Assembly: GCA_047967505.1 (NCBI GenBank)
Contig: CM106538.1
Length of the DNA stretch: 64,000 bases
DNA from: Dipteris shenzhenensis
Lineage: Eukaryota
Direction: 5' to 3' (one strand)
Below the pieces are notes generated by a model. That model was not told the origin of the DNA, did no database searches, and saw only the letters and a list, made by a program, of their open reading frames with translations. The first letter of the stretch is position 1. Each line of letters starts with the position of its first letter. Position numbers and translations under genes: made by a program. Shown here piece after piece: positions 36,655-50,256 of this stretch.

Positions 36655-37587
36655 AAAAGTGATGGGTCTCCCACTATGATGGGTGCCTACCCTAGCACCT
36701 TCCATGGGATCATGGAGTGATAATAGACGAATACGGTACCTCTCTATAGGACACTTTCTTTCTTCGGCTACACTGTCGGAAATGCTTGTCGATGGCAGCT
36801 TCAGAGCCTGTGGTGTATAGCCACTTGGGGAGCACATTGGGAGATCTATGGGATCACCTTGCGTGTTTAGACTCGTTTCGAGATCCTATGGAAGAGACAA
36901 ATCTCTAGATTTTGAACTCTCGGTCAACATTTGTAGACAAACTTCGGTGCAGATCCCAGATGCCTGGGATGCCTCACAACCTTAGCAGTCCGTTCAGCAT
37001 TGCATTTGGGGTTGCAGGGAGACCCAGAGGATCTCATAGGGCTTGCTTATTTTATGGGGGCCACATGGGACCATATGATTGGTCTAGCTGATGTGGCTTT
37101 CCCTGTGTCACACAGGCAAGCACTCACCACTTCACACACTCTAGGGCAGCCAGTGAGATGCTAATATTCCATTAATGCATGTGTGTTTGATTGGGTGCAC
37201 TGTGTCAGTGCCACTTATGAGGTTTGACGCTGACCCTTCTGAACGCATGTCGTTGTGTGCATCTCTCCATCTCCAAGTGAGCACTGTAGCCAATGATTGG
37301 CATTTCCATTTTTTAAGTAATTCAGATTTGCCTGTTATCACCTATTTCTACTTGTGTGGACGATGTTGTAGTCTAGCAGGCCTCCCTTATTTTCTTTAAC
37401 ATCCTTCCTATACATAACCTCTAGATTGTCCAAGTTGAAGATCATGTTCAAGTGATTAAACAAATCTAATATGAGGGTCATGTAGCATGAGGCACCTGAA
37501 TCTCCAACCCAGCATACAAATGTAGAATGATTAGGAATTGAGATGTTTCATAACCACGTGTTGGGCTTGAAGCCCAAGTCTTTGCAA

Positions 37588-38030
37588 CAAGATGAACATC
37601 CTCACTATCCTAAACCTCTGGTAGAAGTTTGAGGTAAATTCCTGCCATTTCTTGTGTCTCTGCATGCAAAAGTATTCTCATCCATACAATCAACTGCTAA
37701 AATGAAGTAAGTTTTTCCCACACTGCCTCTGAACCAAATCCGATTCCTCAGTTTAACATCAAATCGAGCCAGTTCATTCTGAGCCACAAGATGAACATCC
37801 TCACTATTTAAACCTCTGGTAGAAGTTTGAAGGTAAATTTCTGCCCATGCTTGTGTCTCTGCCTGCAAAAGTGTTCTCACCCATATGATCTTTTGCTGAA
37901 ATGAAAGAAGTTTTCCCCACGCTGCCAGGCTACTAATTTGAACCTAAAAGATGTGGTTCAGGCCTTTGAGGGCTATCTGCACCAAGTCCGATTCCTCAGT
38001 CTTAACATCAAATTTAGCCTGTTCATTCCA
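37588..38030. repeat. Diverged tandem duplication, unit about 200 bp
   Basis: CAAGATGAACATCCTCACTAT...AAACCTCTGGTAGAAGTTTGA at ~37588 and ~37786; CCGATTCCTCAGT at ~37740 and ~37988. Confidence 0.8.
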
Positions 38031-38350
38031 GATTTAAAAAAAATGGTAGAACTATAATTCGCAATCCCATTAGTCTTTCCTTGTCCCAAAGGCAACCTGT
38101 TCTTCAAAGCAAGAATATTGCTGGATATAAGTCCTTCCAAGCAACATCAAGAGCAAATATTGCTGTATTGGTTTCAATCACACGCTCTTGCCTAAGAGGT
38201 TGACTATTGCAAGTGCCTTTTTCTCTCCTTTTACAAAACAACAATTTCATTTGCACTTGTCTTTGGCTTTATGTCCATGCCATCCACATCACAAGTCGAG
38301 TGAGGACACAATTGACATCGTGCTTCTAGATGAGATTGAACCTTCCAACT

Positions 38351-41300
38351 TGTAGGCATCATGGATCATTTAGTCACGTATGCAAGTCGTCTTTGATCAG
38401 CATTCCATGTTGCCAACTGAAGATGTCTAGGTGTGAAAGGCAATGAGTTACACAAACTGTGAGACTCCAGATGCAAATCGTAGTGTACGATGAAGGTGTA
38501 GGATCGTTAGATGAAAGAGCAAGTGCAAGGTGCAAAGAGTCGATAGATTCAGCCGTCACGTCAACTAGAGTGTGAAAGAAAAAAAGTACATGGTACTTGT
38601 AGCTAGACCTAGACCCTAGGACTAAGTGTCCTAGGTGTCACATAGGACTAAGTGTCCTATGTGGCCTAAAAGGCACTAAAACTATAAGTGCCTATATCTA
38701 TGCCTACAAGGCACATACCATGGCCTATAGGGCATCACTAGAACCACCAGAAGATGGCCTACAAACCCCCCTCCATGGGATGGGGGAAACGTCTTAGAAT
38801 ACCTGGTATTTTTTTGGTCATGGTGGCACATGTTCATCCAAAAGAATATAGCCACCTATGAATGTACAAGGTATGTCAGATCATGTAACAAAGGGAACCA
38901 AGTGTAAAGCCTGGCGGAAGACTTCGAACTTGGGACGAGGAAGTGCCTTTGTAAACAGATCTGCTATGTTGTCCTCTGTGGGAAGATAGGACAACTCTAT
39001 GTCTCCTGTTGACAACCGCTTCCGAATATAATGATAGTGAACTTCAATATGCTTGGTACGCGCATGAAACACTGGGTTACGTGCAATGGCCAAAGCACTC
39101 TGGCTGTCAGTGTAGACCATAGTGGAGGATGTCTGGCGAATACCAAGATCTGTAAGTAACTGTTGAAGCCAGACACACTCTACTGTAGCGGTGAACGTTG
39201 CCCTGTACTCAGCTTCACAGCTAGATGTGGCAACTGTTGGTTGCTTCTTGCTAAGCCAAGCGATACATGAATTGCCAAGCAAAAAACAGTTGCCGGTATG
39301 TGACACTCTGGTGTCTGAACAACCTGCCCAGTCACTATCCGTGTAAGCATGCATGGTAAGTGAGCCCTGATCACCATAGAAGAGGGCTAAATTCTGAGTG
39401 CCTTTGAGATATCTGAAAACTCTCTTCACTGCCTGCCAATGTTGTGAACTGGGCATGTGCATGAATCTGTTGAGCTGAGATACTGCATACTGTAAGTCAG
39501 GTCTGGTGTGACATAAATAAATAAGGCATCCAACAGCTTGCTGATAGAGAGTGATATCACATGGTGGGCTCCCATCATGAGCTGAGAATTTGAAGCCAGG
39601 GTCCACTGGAGTAGAGATTGGCTTGCAATCCTCGAACTGAAAACGAAAGGAGCTGTCCAATATACTTGGACTGTGACATCATGATACCCCCCTCAACATG
39701 AGCAAATTGAATGCCCAAATAATAGTGGAGCTATCCCATGTCCGACATTTCAAAAATCTGCTGCAAATCAGTCTTGACAGCTGCAATATGCTGAGTATCT
39801 GGGCCCGTGATGAGCATATCATCCACATATAAAATCAGCACTAAAAAATCAGATCCACTCCCACGGACATAAAGAGTGGGTTCTGTGGGGCTATTCTGAA
39901 AACCAAGGGATAGTAAGTGTGCATGAATTTTGGCATAACATGCCCTGGGTGCCTGCTTCAAACCATAAAGGGCCGGCATACCTTGTTTTTAGAATTAACA
40001 ACCTCAAAGCCAGGAGGTTGTGTGACATAGACTTCTTCCTGCAGATCCCCATGAAGAAAAGCAGTCTCGATGTCAAGTTGGTGCACTTGCCAATGATGAT
40101 GGGCTGCAATGGCAATGACACATCTAATGGTAGTAATCCTGGATGTGGGAGCAAATGTCTCCTCAAAGTCAATGCCTTGTTGTTGGGCATACCCTTTTGC
40201 AACAAGACGGGCTTTGCGTCGATCTATATTGCCATCAGATTTCCTTTTTAATTTGTAGACCCACTGGGTACCAATGGCATGCTTGCTGGGAGGAAGATCT
40301 ACTAATTCCCATGTGTCATTTTTGGCAATGGATTGTAACTCAGCTCTCATTGCATCCATCCACTCTTTGTTGTCAAAAGCATCTTTATGGCACAGAGGCT
40401 CTTCATTGCAAGCTGTAGCAAGGAGTGCAAACTCAAGAAAGTGACCATGCATCTGTCTATTCCCTGACCTTGTCCGGGCAGCAAAAGGCTGATCTTGTTT
40501 GCTGTCCTTCAATGTATCAAGAAGCCATCGGGGAACTTGTCTTTGCTGTCTATTGACAGCTCTTTTTTCAATCACTGCATCATGAATAGTGGGATCATTT
40601 TGTGCTGGAAGAGAAACCTGCAAATCAGCATGACTGGCTGATCATTGCTTGTTGAAGGGCCTGCAGGAGGCTCATGTTGCTGGTCAAAGTCCTCTCTGAG
40701 GATGGCAGAGGTAACCAAGATTTAGAAGCATCAAACATGTCAACTTCTGGCTTAGCTTTGCAGTCCACAAGAGGAGAAGCCGAATGTTCAGCAAAGATGA
40801 CATCTCTACTGACAATAATCTTCCTCAGTATTTGGTTGGTATAACCGATATCCTCTGCTCTCCTGGCTGTAACCAATAAATATGCATTTGATTGCCTTGT
40901 CATCAAGCTTATGTCTCAGCTAAGATGTTACATGAACATATGCAAGAGACCCAAAACCTCTCATGTGTGAAAGTGAAGGCTTCTTGCCTTTCCATGCTTC
41001 ATAAGGTGTAATAGTCTTCAATGCCCTTGTAGGTGATCTATTCACCACATAGTTGGCACACATCACTGCATCAAGCCAAAATTTATTGGGCAAAGACTTG
41101 GTCTTAAGCATGCATCTGGCCATCTCCATAGTAGACCTGTTTTTCCTTTCGGGAAGAGGATTATGCTGAGGAGTGTAAGGAGTAGTGCATGAGTGAACAA
41201 TGCCCCGCGAAGACAAAAATGCATCAAACTCCTTTGACATATACTCTACCCCCCTATCTGTGTTGAGGGTGACAAGCTTGCATCCTGATTCATTCTCAAC

Positions 41301-42590
41301 CATATTCCGCCACCTCTGAAAGCATGAGAACACTTCAGATTTGGCTTTTAAAGGATATACCCAGCAATATCTTGTGAAATCATCAATGAGAGTCATGAAA
41401 TATTTGTTACCGCCCAATGGCATTTGTCCTCATTGGGCCAGAGACATCACTGTGCACTAGCTGCAATTTCCTTTGTGAGAGTTTTGGACAATTCTTTTGA
41501 AAAGGAAAAAGATGCATCTTACCCAAAAGACAACCCTCACACACATGTTTGGAAACTGCGTGAGTTTGAGATACATCATTTGCCATCTACTGTGAACATA
41601 GCTTTGCAAGAGCTCTATAATTAAGATGACCCATTCTCTCATGCCAAAGATGAGTTTCAACAAGCTGTGAATCTGAAATAGCAAATGCTTCAATAGAAAG
41701 TGCAGTTGAGTGATGATCAAGGTGATAAAGCCCCTTTTGCAAAGTACCAGTGAGAACTATGGCATTGTCATCACGAAGATCATAAACTCGGCATCTGTAG
41801 CCATCAAAAATCACTCTGAAACCTGAAGTGGCAATTGCTGAAATTGAAATCAAGTTGACTTCAATTCCAGGCACAAAAATAACATTTGTCAAAGTGATAG
41901 GATGACTTGAAATGGATGTGAGCTGCACATCTCCAATTCCTTTTACAGCATATGAAGCATTGTTAGCACATGTGACAGTCCCCCCTCAAGGTGCATCAGC
42001 TAAAGAATGAAACAACTGTTTGCAAGATGTGACGTGCGTGGAAGCACCACTATCAAAATACCAAGACTGAGCATCATTAGCAGTAAAGAGTGCATCAGCT
42101 TTGGAGGGATCAAATGAGCAATGGACAACCCATGCCCAATCATCTTGGAGAGCATGTGCATGTGAAGCATCTGCTGGCTCATGGGATTCAATAGCATGTG
42201 AGGCATTAACTGTCAATCTTGCTTTCATTTTCTCCGAAGCAATGCACTTCCTGCATTCTGAAATGTCATGTCCAGGCTTGCGACAATAGTTGCATCTTTT
42301 CTTCTTTGACTTATCTGCTGTATTTCTAGATGCATGGGAGGAATTGTAGCTGCTATGCGCAGATTTAGGCTTGCCCATAGGCTTGGAAGCCTTGCCTCTT
42401 CCTGTCTGCTGTGAAGCAAATGCATGATCAGGAATAATGGCTTGTCTATTAGCTCGACTTTGCTCTTCCTGCAAAAGCAAAGTAACTAGCTGATCAAAAG
42501 AGTAGTGATTTGGATTACCCATGGCCATTAACTGAAGAGTTGTAGCAAACCCTTGATATGTATCTGGCAATCCATTCAATGTGGTACTGA
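38351..42590 (-). mobile_element. Ty1/Copia element, 5' end missing, frameshifted pol, 413-bp 3' LTR
   Basis: gag CNYCRKPGHDISEC, PR WYFDSGASTHV, LWHERMGH, integrase IDDFTRYCW, RT LYVDDML, RNase H YTDSDWAG...RTKHIEVHYH. PPT GGAGGGGGG. LTR 38351-38763 with TGTAGGC...GCCTACA ends. Confidence 0.92.
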
Positions 42591-45500
42591 CAAGCTACCA
42601 ATTCTTTTAATGACCTTGAATGGGCCACAGTATCTGGGGGATAATTTCGGAACCAAACCAGTACTTAGGCTCTTGGATTCGTTAGGAATTCGCAAATATA
42701 CCATCGTTCCTTCAGAGAACTCTCGAGGTGAACGATGTCTATTAGTATAAAATCTGTCCCGATCTTGGGCACTTCTAATAGACTCCTTGGCAAACTGCAA
42801 CATTTCTTGCATATCTAGCAAGAAGTTCTTAGTAGCATCATTTTGAATTCCTTTTAACCCAACCATAACTGGTGACTTAGGTTGAAACCCGTACATAAGC
42901 ATAAAAGGACTGTAACTCGTACTAGAATGCTTTGCACTGTTATAAGCAAATTCAATCATAGGTAGATAATCTTCCCATGAAGACTGTCTCTTAGATACAT
43001 ATGCCCGAAGCATGTCTTCAACCAACTGGTTGACCTTCTCTGTACTGTCATCAGTTGTGCATGATCCGAGGAACTCATACTTAGAGTAGTTTCTAACTTC
43101 TCAAATACAAGTGTCCAAAAGGTACTTGTAAACTGTGAGTCCCTGTCACTGACTATGTCAGATGGCAAACCATACAGCTTAAACAAGTGGTCCACAAACT
43201 CGTGAGCCAGCTGAACAGCTGAAATAGTTGTTCTAGTAGGTAAGAACCTAGCCATTTTTGTCGCGCGTTCGAGGCAAACCAGTAATAAAATCCATGGAAA
43301 TACTTTCCCATTTATTACCTGGAATCTGTAATGGCTGTAATAAACCCGCGCTTCTAAGGCGTTCTGCCTTAGTAACCTGACAAACTCGGCAACCTACTAC
43401 ATAGTTTTCAATAAATGCACGCATCTTAGGCCAATAAAAGGTATGCTTCACAAGAGACAGAGTCCTATGTATACCCGGATGTCCAGCACTAGGAGCATCA
43501 TGACACTCCCAGAGAATCTTGGATTTAAGGTCCGGAACATCTGGCACACAAATCTTTTCATTCCGGAACAGCAAGCCGTTCCTAATCATCCACTGACCTC
43601 CCGCCGCCTGTACCGTAGGTGGCACAATCCCTGAGTCCTGGTCAACCATGGAGCTCCCATCCTGGACTCTTTGCCAATAAGAACTGAAATGACTATCAGT
43701 TGCGTATAGCCCTCTCAAGGATTGAAATAGGTTTGAGGATATTTCCGTAAATGACAGAGCATTTACAAACTTAACTCGACTTAAGGCATCCGCCACACTA
43801 TTTAACGAACCCTCACGATAACGTATTTCAAAATCAAAATCTTGCATTAATTCTGCCCATCTAGCTTTCCTTCCCCTCAATTCTGATCCATCACACACAT
43901 ACTTAATTGACTGATGATCAGTCAATACAAGGAACTTTGGACCATACAAGTAGTGTCTCCAAACCTTAAGAGCATACACTACAGCATAAAGTTCCTTCTC
44001 GAGTGTGGGCCAACGATATTGAGTGTTGTCTAGCTTCTTACTCTCGAAAGCTACAGGTCTGCCCTCTTGGAATAGAGCTGCCCCAATCGCATAATCACTC
44101 GCATCGGCCTCTAAAACATAAGGCCGGGTAGGATCGGGTAATGCAAGAACGGGTGCTTCCTTGATAGAAAATTTCAAGGTTTCAAAAGCCTTGTTCATTG
44201 CATCATTCCAAGGGATGGGCTGAGTAGATCTGCGTCCACGACCTTTCAATATGTTTGTCAGGGGTGCCGTGATATGTGAATAATCACGCACAGACTTCCG
44301 AAGAAATACCGTAAATCCTAGGAAAGAACGAAGTTGTTTCACAGTCTGAGGGATAGGCCATTCTAAAACCTTCTGGATACGATCCGGATCAATGCTATAC
44401 CTTCAGAAGAAATCTTGTGTCCTAAGTAAATGATCTCCTTAATAAAGAAGTCACATTTACTCATCTTGGCATAGAGCTTATGCTGTCTTAGGACAACTAA
44501 GACAACCCGGAGGTGTCCTATGTGATCCTTAAGCGTTCGACTATATACCAAGATGTCATCTAAGAACACAACAAATTTGCCCAGAAAATCCCTGAACAAA
44601 TCGTTCATCATCTGCTGAAAAGTAGCAGGAGCATTGGTCAAACCAAAAGGTAATACGAGGAACTCGTAATGACCATACCTAGTTCGGAATGCGGTCCTAT
44701 CTATGTGTTTAGCATAGATACGGATTTGATGATAACCCGTACGCAAATCAATCTTAGTGAAATACTTCGCTCCGGCCAAATGGTCTATCAAATCATCGGA
44801 ACGAGGGAGAGGGTATCGATTCTTAATTGTCACTTTATTTAATCGTTTATAATCTATACACATTCTCCAGGAAGAATCTTTCTTCTTTCTTAGGAGGAGA
44901 GGTGCACCCCATGGTGATTTACTTGGGCGGATATAGCCCATATTGAGGTAATCCTGTAGCTGGGTAGCTAACTCATCCTCCTCTACCTGGCTCATCCTAT
45001 AAGGTGGTACACTGATAGGTTGAGCCCCTGGGACTAAGTCTATGCGATGATCTACTGCCCGTTCTGGAGGTAAACCTTCCGGCAGTTGAGCGGGGAATAC
45101 ATTCTTAAAACTATCTAACAACATTCTCAATTCACGGTGTTCAAACACACTTAAATCATTCTTGTTAATGACTAAAACAACAAATGAAGAAAGCGGAATC
45201 AAAACACACTGATAGACATCATAATGAGAATTGTTTAATATATTCCGAAGCTGCATCGCAGATACAATAGGCCCTTGAGAAGAGGAAAATTTATCACACT
45301 GAATACAAAATTGGGTGTCCTTATCTACAAAAGAAAGCGTATGCTCCGTCCATCCAATCTGAATATTGTGGGTTTTAAACCACTCTATTCCGATCAACAA
45401 GTCTACATGCTCCAGATGCATAACATAACATGTAAGAGCCCCTGTGTAGGCTTGAATCCGGATAGGAAGCGCTTCAATCTTGCGATCCCAAAACTGTTTC

Positions 45501-48331
45501 CCAGCTGAAAGCTGCACCTCATAGGTGTGATCGCTAGGTATCGTGGACAGTCCCATCTTCTGCACAAATTTGTAATTAACAAAGTTGTGAGAGCTGCCCG
45601 GATCAAAGAGAATGTGAACCTGTTGGTCCCTAACTTCTCCATAAACTCGGAAAAGATCATGGGAACCAAACAACGAAGTATTGAAAGTGCAATTACAAGA
45701 AAGTGGGCAGGTAATGACATTTACTGAAATACCTGTCATCGAAACTTGGTTCGCTCCCTTGGCTCTGGTTCCTGGACCGCCTGGAGCTTCGGTCCGAGCG
45801 CTAACTTTTGATTCTTGCGCTTTGGACATTCATTCTTGGTGTGGCCCCGCTCCTCGCAGTAGAAGCAACGTCCTTCTTTCTTAAACTTCAATGTGCGAAG
45901 GAAACGGGCTCGACCATTCTTTGCCTGAGTCAAGTGTTTCTTGGAGGCGTTGTCCGTAGACTTCGTCTCCCCGGTACCAGTCGTAGGCTGAAAGAACTTT
46001 CATTTGTTCTTTCCACTTGTGTCGGAAACTGTAGTTGCCTTTGCACCGGCCATGGTATCATCATAAATACGCGCGTAATTCATGGCCTCTTGCAACGTTG
46101 TACATTTGTTGTTCTTGATTTGCAACTTGTATGAATCTGGCAAACCATCCACAAAGAAACCTAACAAGGTCACTGGATCCATCTTTGTGGTCTTGGTCTG
46201 CAGATCTCGAAACCTTTGAAGATAAACTTCAAATGACAAGTTCTGCTTAGACATATCGAGGGCTTAAGCTTGCCAACGATATCATAGTCGTCCTCCTTCT
46301 TCAGGAACTCCTTCCTGAAGACCCCTTCGAAATCTAACCATGTAACCGGCTTAGGTTGGAGTTCCTTCCACCATAGCAAAGCCTTTCCTGACATGAAACC
46401 GGCTGCAAGCTGGATTTTCTTCTCATCTGGGTACGGGTGGAACTGGAAGTGTACCTGCCACTTGTGCAACCAAGTGTCAACAACCTCCTTAGTTCGAGAC
46501 TTTTGATCTCCTGGAAAAGGGTCTGGAGTTATGTTCGGGCCTAGCACTGAAGCCATGGCATCCACATGTGTGAGTGCCTGCACAGTGCTAGCCAGAAGAG
46601 TGAGAGTCGCTTGAATCCCTTGGAGTTGCTGTGTCAACCCCATTTGATTCGCATTAACCTGCTCGAATTTTCCATCCAGAGCAGTGGTGAATTCACTGAA
46701 GGCCTTCTTCGTAATCAGATCGTCATAAAGACCCTGGTCTTCCTCAGCAGGGTAATCTAAATCCTGATCTCCCATGGTAAACTTGGGATTTGCAGAATCA
46801 GACATATCTGAAATCTGATTTGAAAAGAATATAAAACTGAGAGAAATAATTGGGGGAATCGAAGCTGGAAGGAGAGTGAGGCAGAGAAAAAACCGTCCCA
46901 AGAGAAGCTGACGGAAGGAGATGCTGGAAACTGGCGAACCGGAAGCCCACGAATCCCGAAATCTCGCTGAACCCCGTGCCGGATGCAACATACGGAATCC
47001 TGCAGCGTACGGACTGCTGATGTGGCTGTATGGCTGCTGATGCAGTCCGTACGTTGGCTGACGTAAGCCGTACGGCTGCTGATGCAGTCCGAACAACAGC
47101 GGACGGAGGCCGTACAGCAGCTGACGTGGCTGTATGGCGACTGGCGCAGATTGCTGGCGATGCAGGTACGGCTGACGCAGGGCTGGCGCAGATGTACGGC
47201 AGGCTGACGCAGGGCTGGCGCAGGCAGGCTGACGCAGGCGCCGTACGGATGGCTGGCGCAGGGCTGGCACGCTACTCGATGGCGCAGCTAGGCTCTTTGC
47301 AAGGCTATGGGTGGGCTGGTACCCTGCCCCATCTATATAGGGAGCAGGGCAGCCTAATTAGGAAGCCCTGCTTCCAAAAAAGGCCGACCCTCCCAGCGTT
47401 GGAGGGGGTGCTTTTTTCGAAAAAAGCATCCCTCAACGCAGGCTGGCCGCACCCTGTTCCTGCGCATCTCGCCTCTCCCTGCCCTGGCCGGATTTCCGTA
47501 CAGCCTTGGCGTCCCATCTCCGCCTCCCTTGCAGCCCTTGTCAGGTCCTTCGCCTCTCTACTTTCTCTGTTCTACGTTTCCTTGTCTTTCCTTCTTCTCT
47601 GCTCTCTCTCCTGCTTCCTACAGCCTTCTCTCTCAGCCCCCTTCAGGAATTTCAAAACTCTCCCTCCTTTCTTCTACCTTTTCCCTACATCCTGACCACC
47701 CCTGCTAACCCAGGAACCCAGCAGAAATCGCAGCAACAAATTTCGAATTTTAGGGCATACCTGGAGGAAAAATTCGTCAAAAATTCTCGCATCAGAAGTT
47801 CCTACCTCAGGAGTTGGCTCTGATACCAACTGACACGTCCTAGCACTCCTGAAACCTCCGATCTGCAAACAAACCACACACAACGTGAGAAACTGAGCAG
47901 GCTGCTCACCACCCAACCATGACATCTACGGGATGTGATCCCGAATCAGGAGATGTCCCCTCCGAGCCATGAGCTGAGCTACTGGCACGAACTCCCAATC
48001 AGATCCAAACCAGCCTGGTGTCCCATACCACCAGGTGGCACTGTGAAGCCCTGGATCTGCCACTGGGCCTTGGGCTACGCTAAGATGCAGGCGCGCGTCC
48101 GCGACTCAATCCAGGAACAGACCTGGCACCTGGGAACGAAACTTGCTCCCAACTGCACACTGAGAACTGAACCCCCTGGGCCCTTTTTATAGACTCGGGC
48201 CCCGAGCGCCAAAAATAGCGAAGACCTATAAATAGTTCGTACCCTTGCCACTCAACCCGAGAATCAAGCCTGCCTAGCTCTAAGCCTCCCCAGGCTAACC
48301 TGAGCTAGCTCTGTGTACCTAGTACACATCA
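42590..48331 (-). mobile_element. Ty3/Gypsy element, 3' end missing, frameshifted gag-pol, tRNA-iMet PBS, 5' LTR from 47831 to about 48331
   Basis: gag (MSDSANPKF...[20 protein letters not shown]), [24 protein letters not shown], RNase H EADASDYAIG, integrase CHDAPSAGH...CRVC and GPF motif. Reverse PBS at 47815-47828. Outer LTR edge is approximate. Confidence 0.9.
47005..47270. repeat. GC-rich imperfect tandem repeats in the Gypsy 5' leader
   Basis: Recurring GCTGCTGATGCAGTCCGTAC, GGCTGACGCAGG and GCTGGCGCAG units. Confidence 0.75.
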
Positions 48332-49659
48332 GATACCAATCCGTGCACATGACAGAGGTGGAGGATTGTAGGATGAACATTATGTGCAGCAGACATGGAT
48401 GAAAATGGGTTTGTCCAAAGATGAGATTTTGGTCAAGAAGGTAGATTGGGACAGCATGTACACACCAACAGGGGGAAAGAGCAAACAAAAAGCAGAAACA
48501 AATTAATCTAGTCTGAACAGTGCACGTGCTGCAAGGAGTTATCTAGATTCACTAGAGCTAAAAAATGAATAGAGTAAGAACATGGCTACTCATTCGTTTG
48601 AGTAATTAAAAAGCGTCCTAAAAATTGAACGTTTCCCTAGACTTCTAATGCTCATAATCATTTCTGGAATATGAAATTTCCCCCTAAACTTTGACCTCAC
48701 TATGTGAATGTCATAAGACCTAGTCAAAGATCAGGGTATCTCCCTAACAACTATGAAAACTCGAGGTCAAATTTTCCATAAATGTGACATTGCTGGAATC
48801 TACATGGGCTTCCTATGAAGGTGTGAGGTATACAGAAGGATATATGGATGGATGCTGAAGTGGCATAGATGAGCAGAGCCACCAGAACAACTTTTATGAT
48901 TTGCTCATATAAAAGTGCGAAAATTCGATGGAGTGTGGTAGTTTGTATCTTAGAAATATGAGATCCATGGCGTGTGCCAGCTCTGTTTTCTTGTCACTCT
49001 GGTGGTTCCCTATTGCAGATGTTTGTCACGAAGAATGAAGAGCTAATCACTGTGGGCAAAAATGGCGAAAACCACCCAAAATGTATCATAATAGTAGAAT
49101 TCTTGTCAAATCAAGTCATACAAATATGTACATAGCATAAAAATAAAATGTGATGTGCTCCTTTATTGCGAGCGTCATTGATTGATTCTCTCGACTTCAT
49201 TTTTTAGCTGTTATTATTTTGTTCTTCTTACATTCGTTGCCATGCTCCCCCGCCCCTCCGCCTCCCCCTCCCCGCCCGCAACACATGTAAGCACAGATGC
49301 ACACATATGTGCATATGCCAGTGCGTGTGCATGGACACAAGCATAAGCTTGTTCACACACACTAGCACATGCATGCAGCTATGTGACATTTTTTTCTGCG
49401 TCATTCTTATTTCTGGCAGAAAAGTTTTCAATGCTGTTATTTTGCTCCAAATTTCTTGTATCATTGAGTGAGATGAAGCAGGCAAACCTTTGAGACAAGC
49501 AAGGGGGAGAGGATTGCATGCTTTGATATAGATGTGCTTTTGCGCTTATTCTGTTGGCACAATTATCTTGATGGGCTTGTGGCTTATTCCTTTGTACACA
49601 ATGCGGCAAAGGTTTTGGTCTATTATGGAAATCACCTACTTGCAATGTTTGTCTTGCAG

Positions 49660-49775
49660 GTATTCTTGGGCTTGTTGGCTTTATGGATGACTTCTTAGTG
49701 ATGGTCCTCGTTCTCTTCCATTTGGCTGCTATGTATCGCACTGCCCTTGTCTATCAGTATGGTTCACGTGGCTAG
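49660..49775 (+). CDS. RNF170: Last coding exon of the RNF170-like gene
   Basis: tgcAG|GT ATT CTT...GGC TAG gives (G)ILGLVGFMDDFLVMVLVLFHLAAMYRTALVYQYGSRG*, matching the plant RNF170 C-terminus pattern GxxGxxDD...H.AA.YR. Confidence 0.88.
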
Positions 49776-50256
49776 GGGAGGTTTTGGGCTAAGAGGAAAA
49801 ATATGATGTTTGCTACATCTTATGAGATCATAATCTACAATTTATTTCGTTTCGTCATCCTTGTTTGTGTATATTTTTGTGAAAATTGTGAATATTAAAC
49901 CTCATGTACATTGTTTCCCCTTTCCTGGCTCGGGTGCATTCCGAGCTGTGTGCGCTATGGTGTTTGGAATAGAAGGGAGATTGAGCTATATTACAAAGTG
50001 AATTTTGGCTGTTATGTATCGCACTACCGTCGTATAGCAGTATTGTTCACGTGGCTATGGGAGTTTTTGGGCTAAGAGGAAAATGAAAATCTTTGCTACA
50101 TATTATGAGATCTTAATCTACAATTTATTTCATTTCGTCATGCTTGTTTGTGTATATTTTTGACCATTGTGAATATTAAACCTCATGTACATTGTTTTCC
50201 CTTTCCTAGCTCGGGTGCATTCCTAACTGTGTGAGCTAGGTATATTACAAAGTGAA
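49721..50256 (+). repeat. Tandem duplication of the last 55 coding bases plus proximal 3' UTR (units 49721-50003 and 50004-50256)
   Basis: TTTGGCTG.TATGTATCGCACT...TATTACAAAGTGAA is present twice. Confidence 0.9.

Larger units (their letters stand above)
238..49659 (+). other. 49,422-bp GT-AG intron of the RNF170-like gene, filled with nested transposable elements
   Basis: GT at 238-239 and ttgtcttgcAG at 49649-49659. The splice gives the continuous peptide SPLDILPE-G-ILGLVGFMDD. Confidence 0.8.

Noticed and set aside
36656-37100. Possible continuation of the LINE fragment at 10075-10300 beyond the LTR nest
   Set aside because: Only weak peptide resemblance and no matching TSD around the nest.
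47005-47270. Repeat array considered as CRISPR-like
   Set aside because: No constant repeat with unique spacers, no cas genes, and the context is a eukaryotic retroelement.
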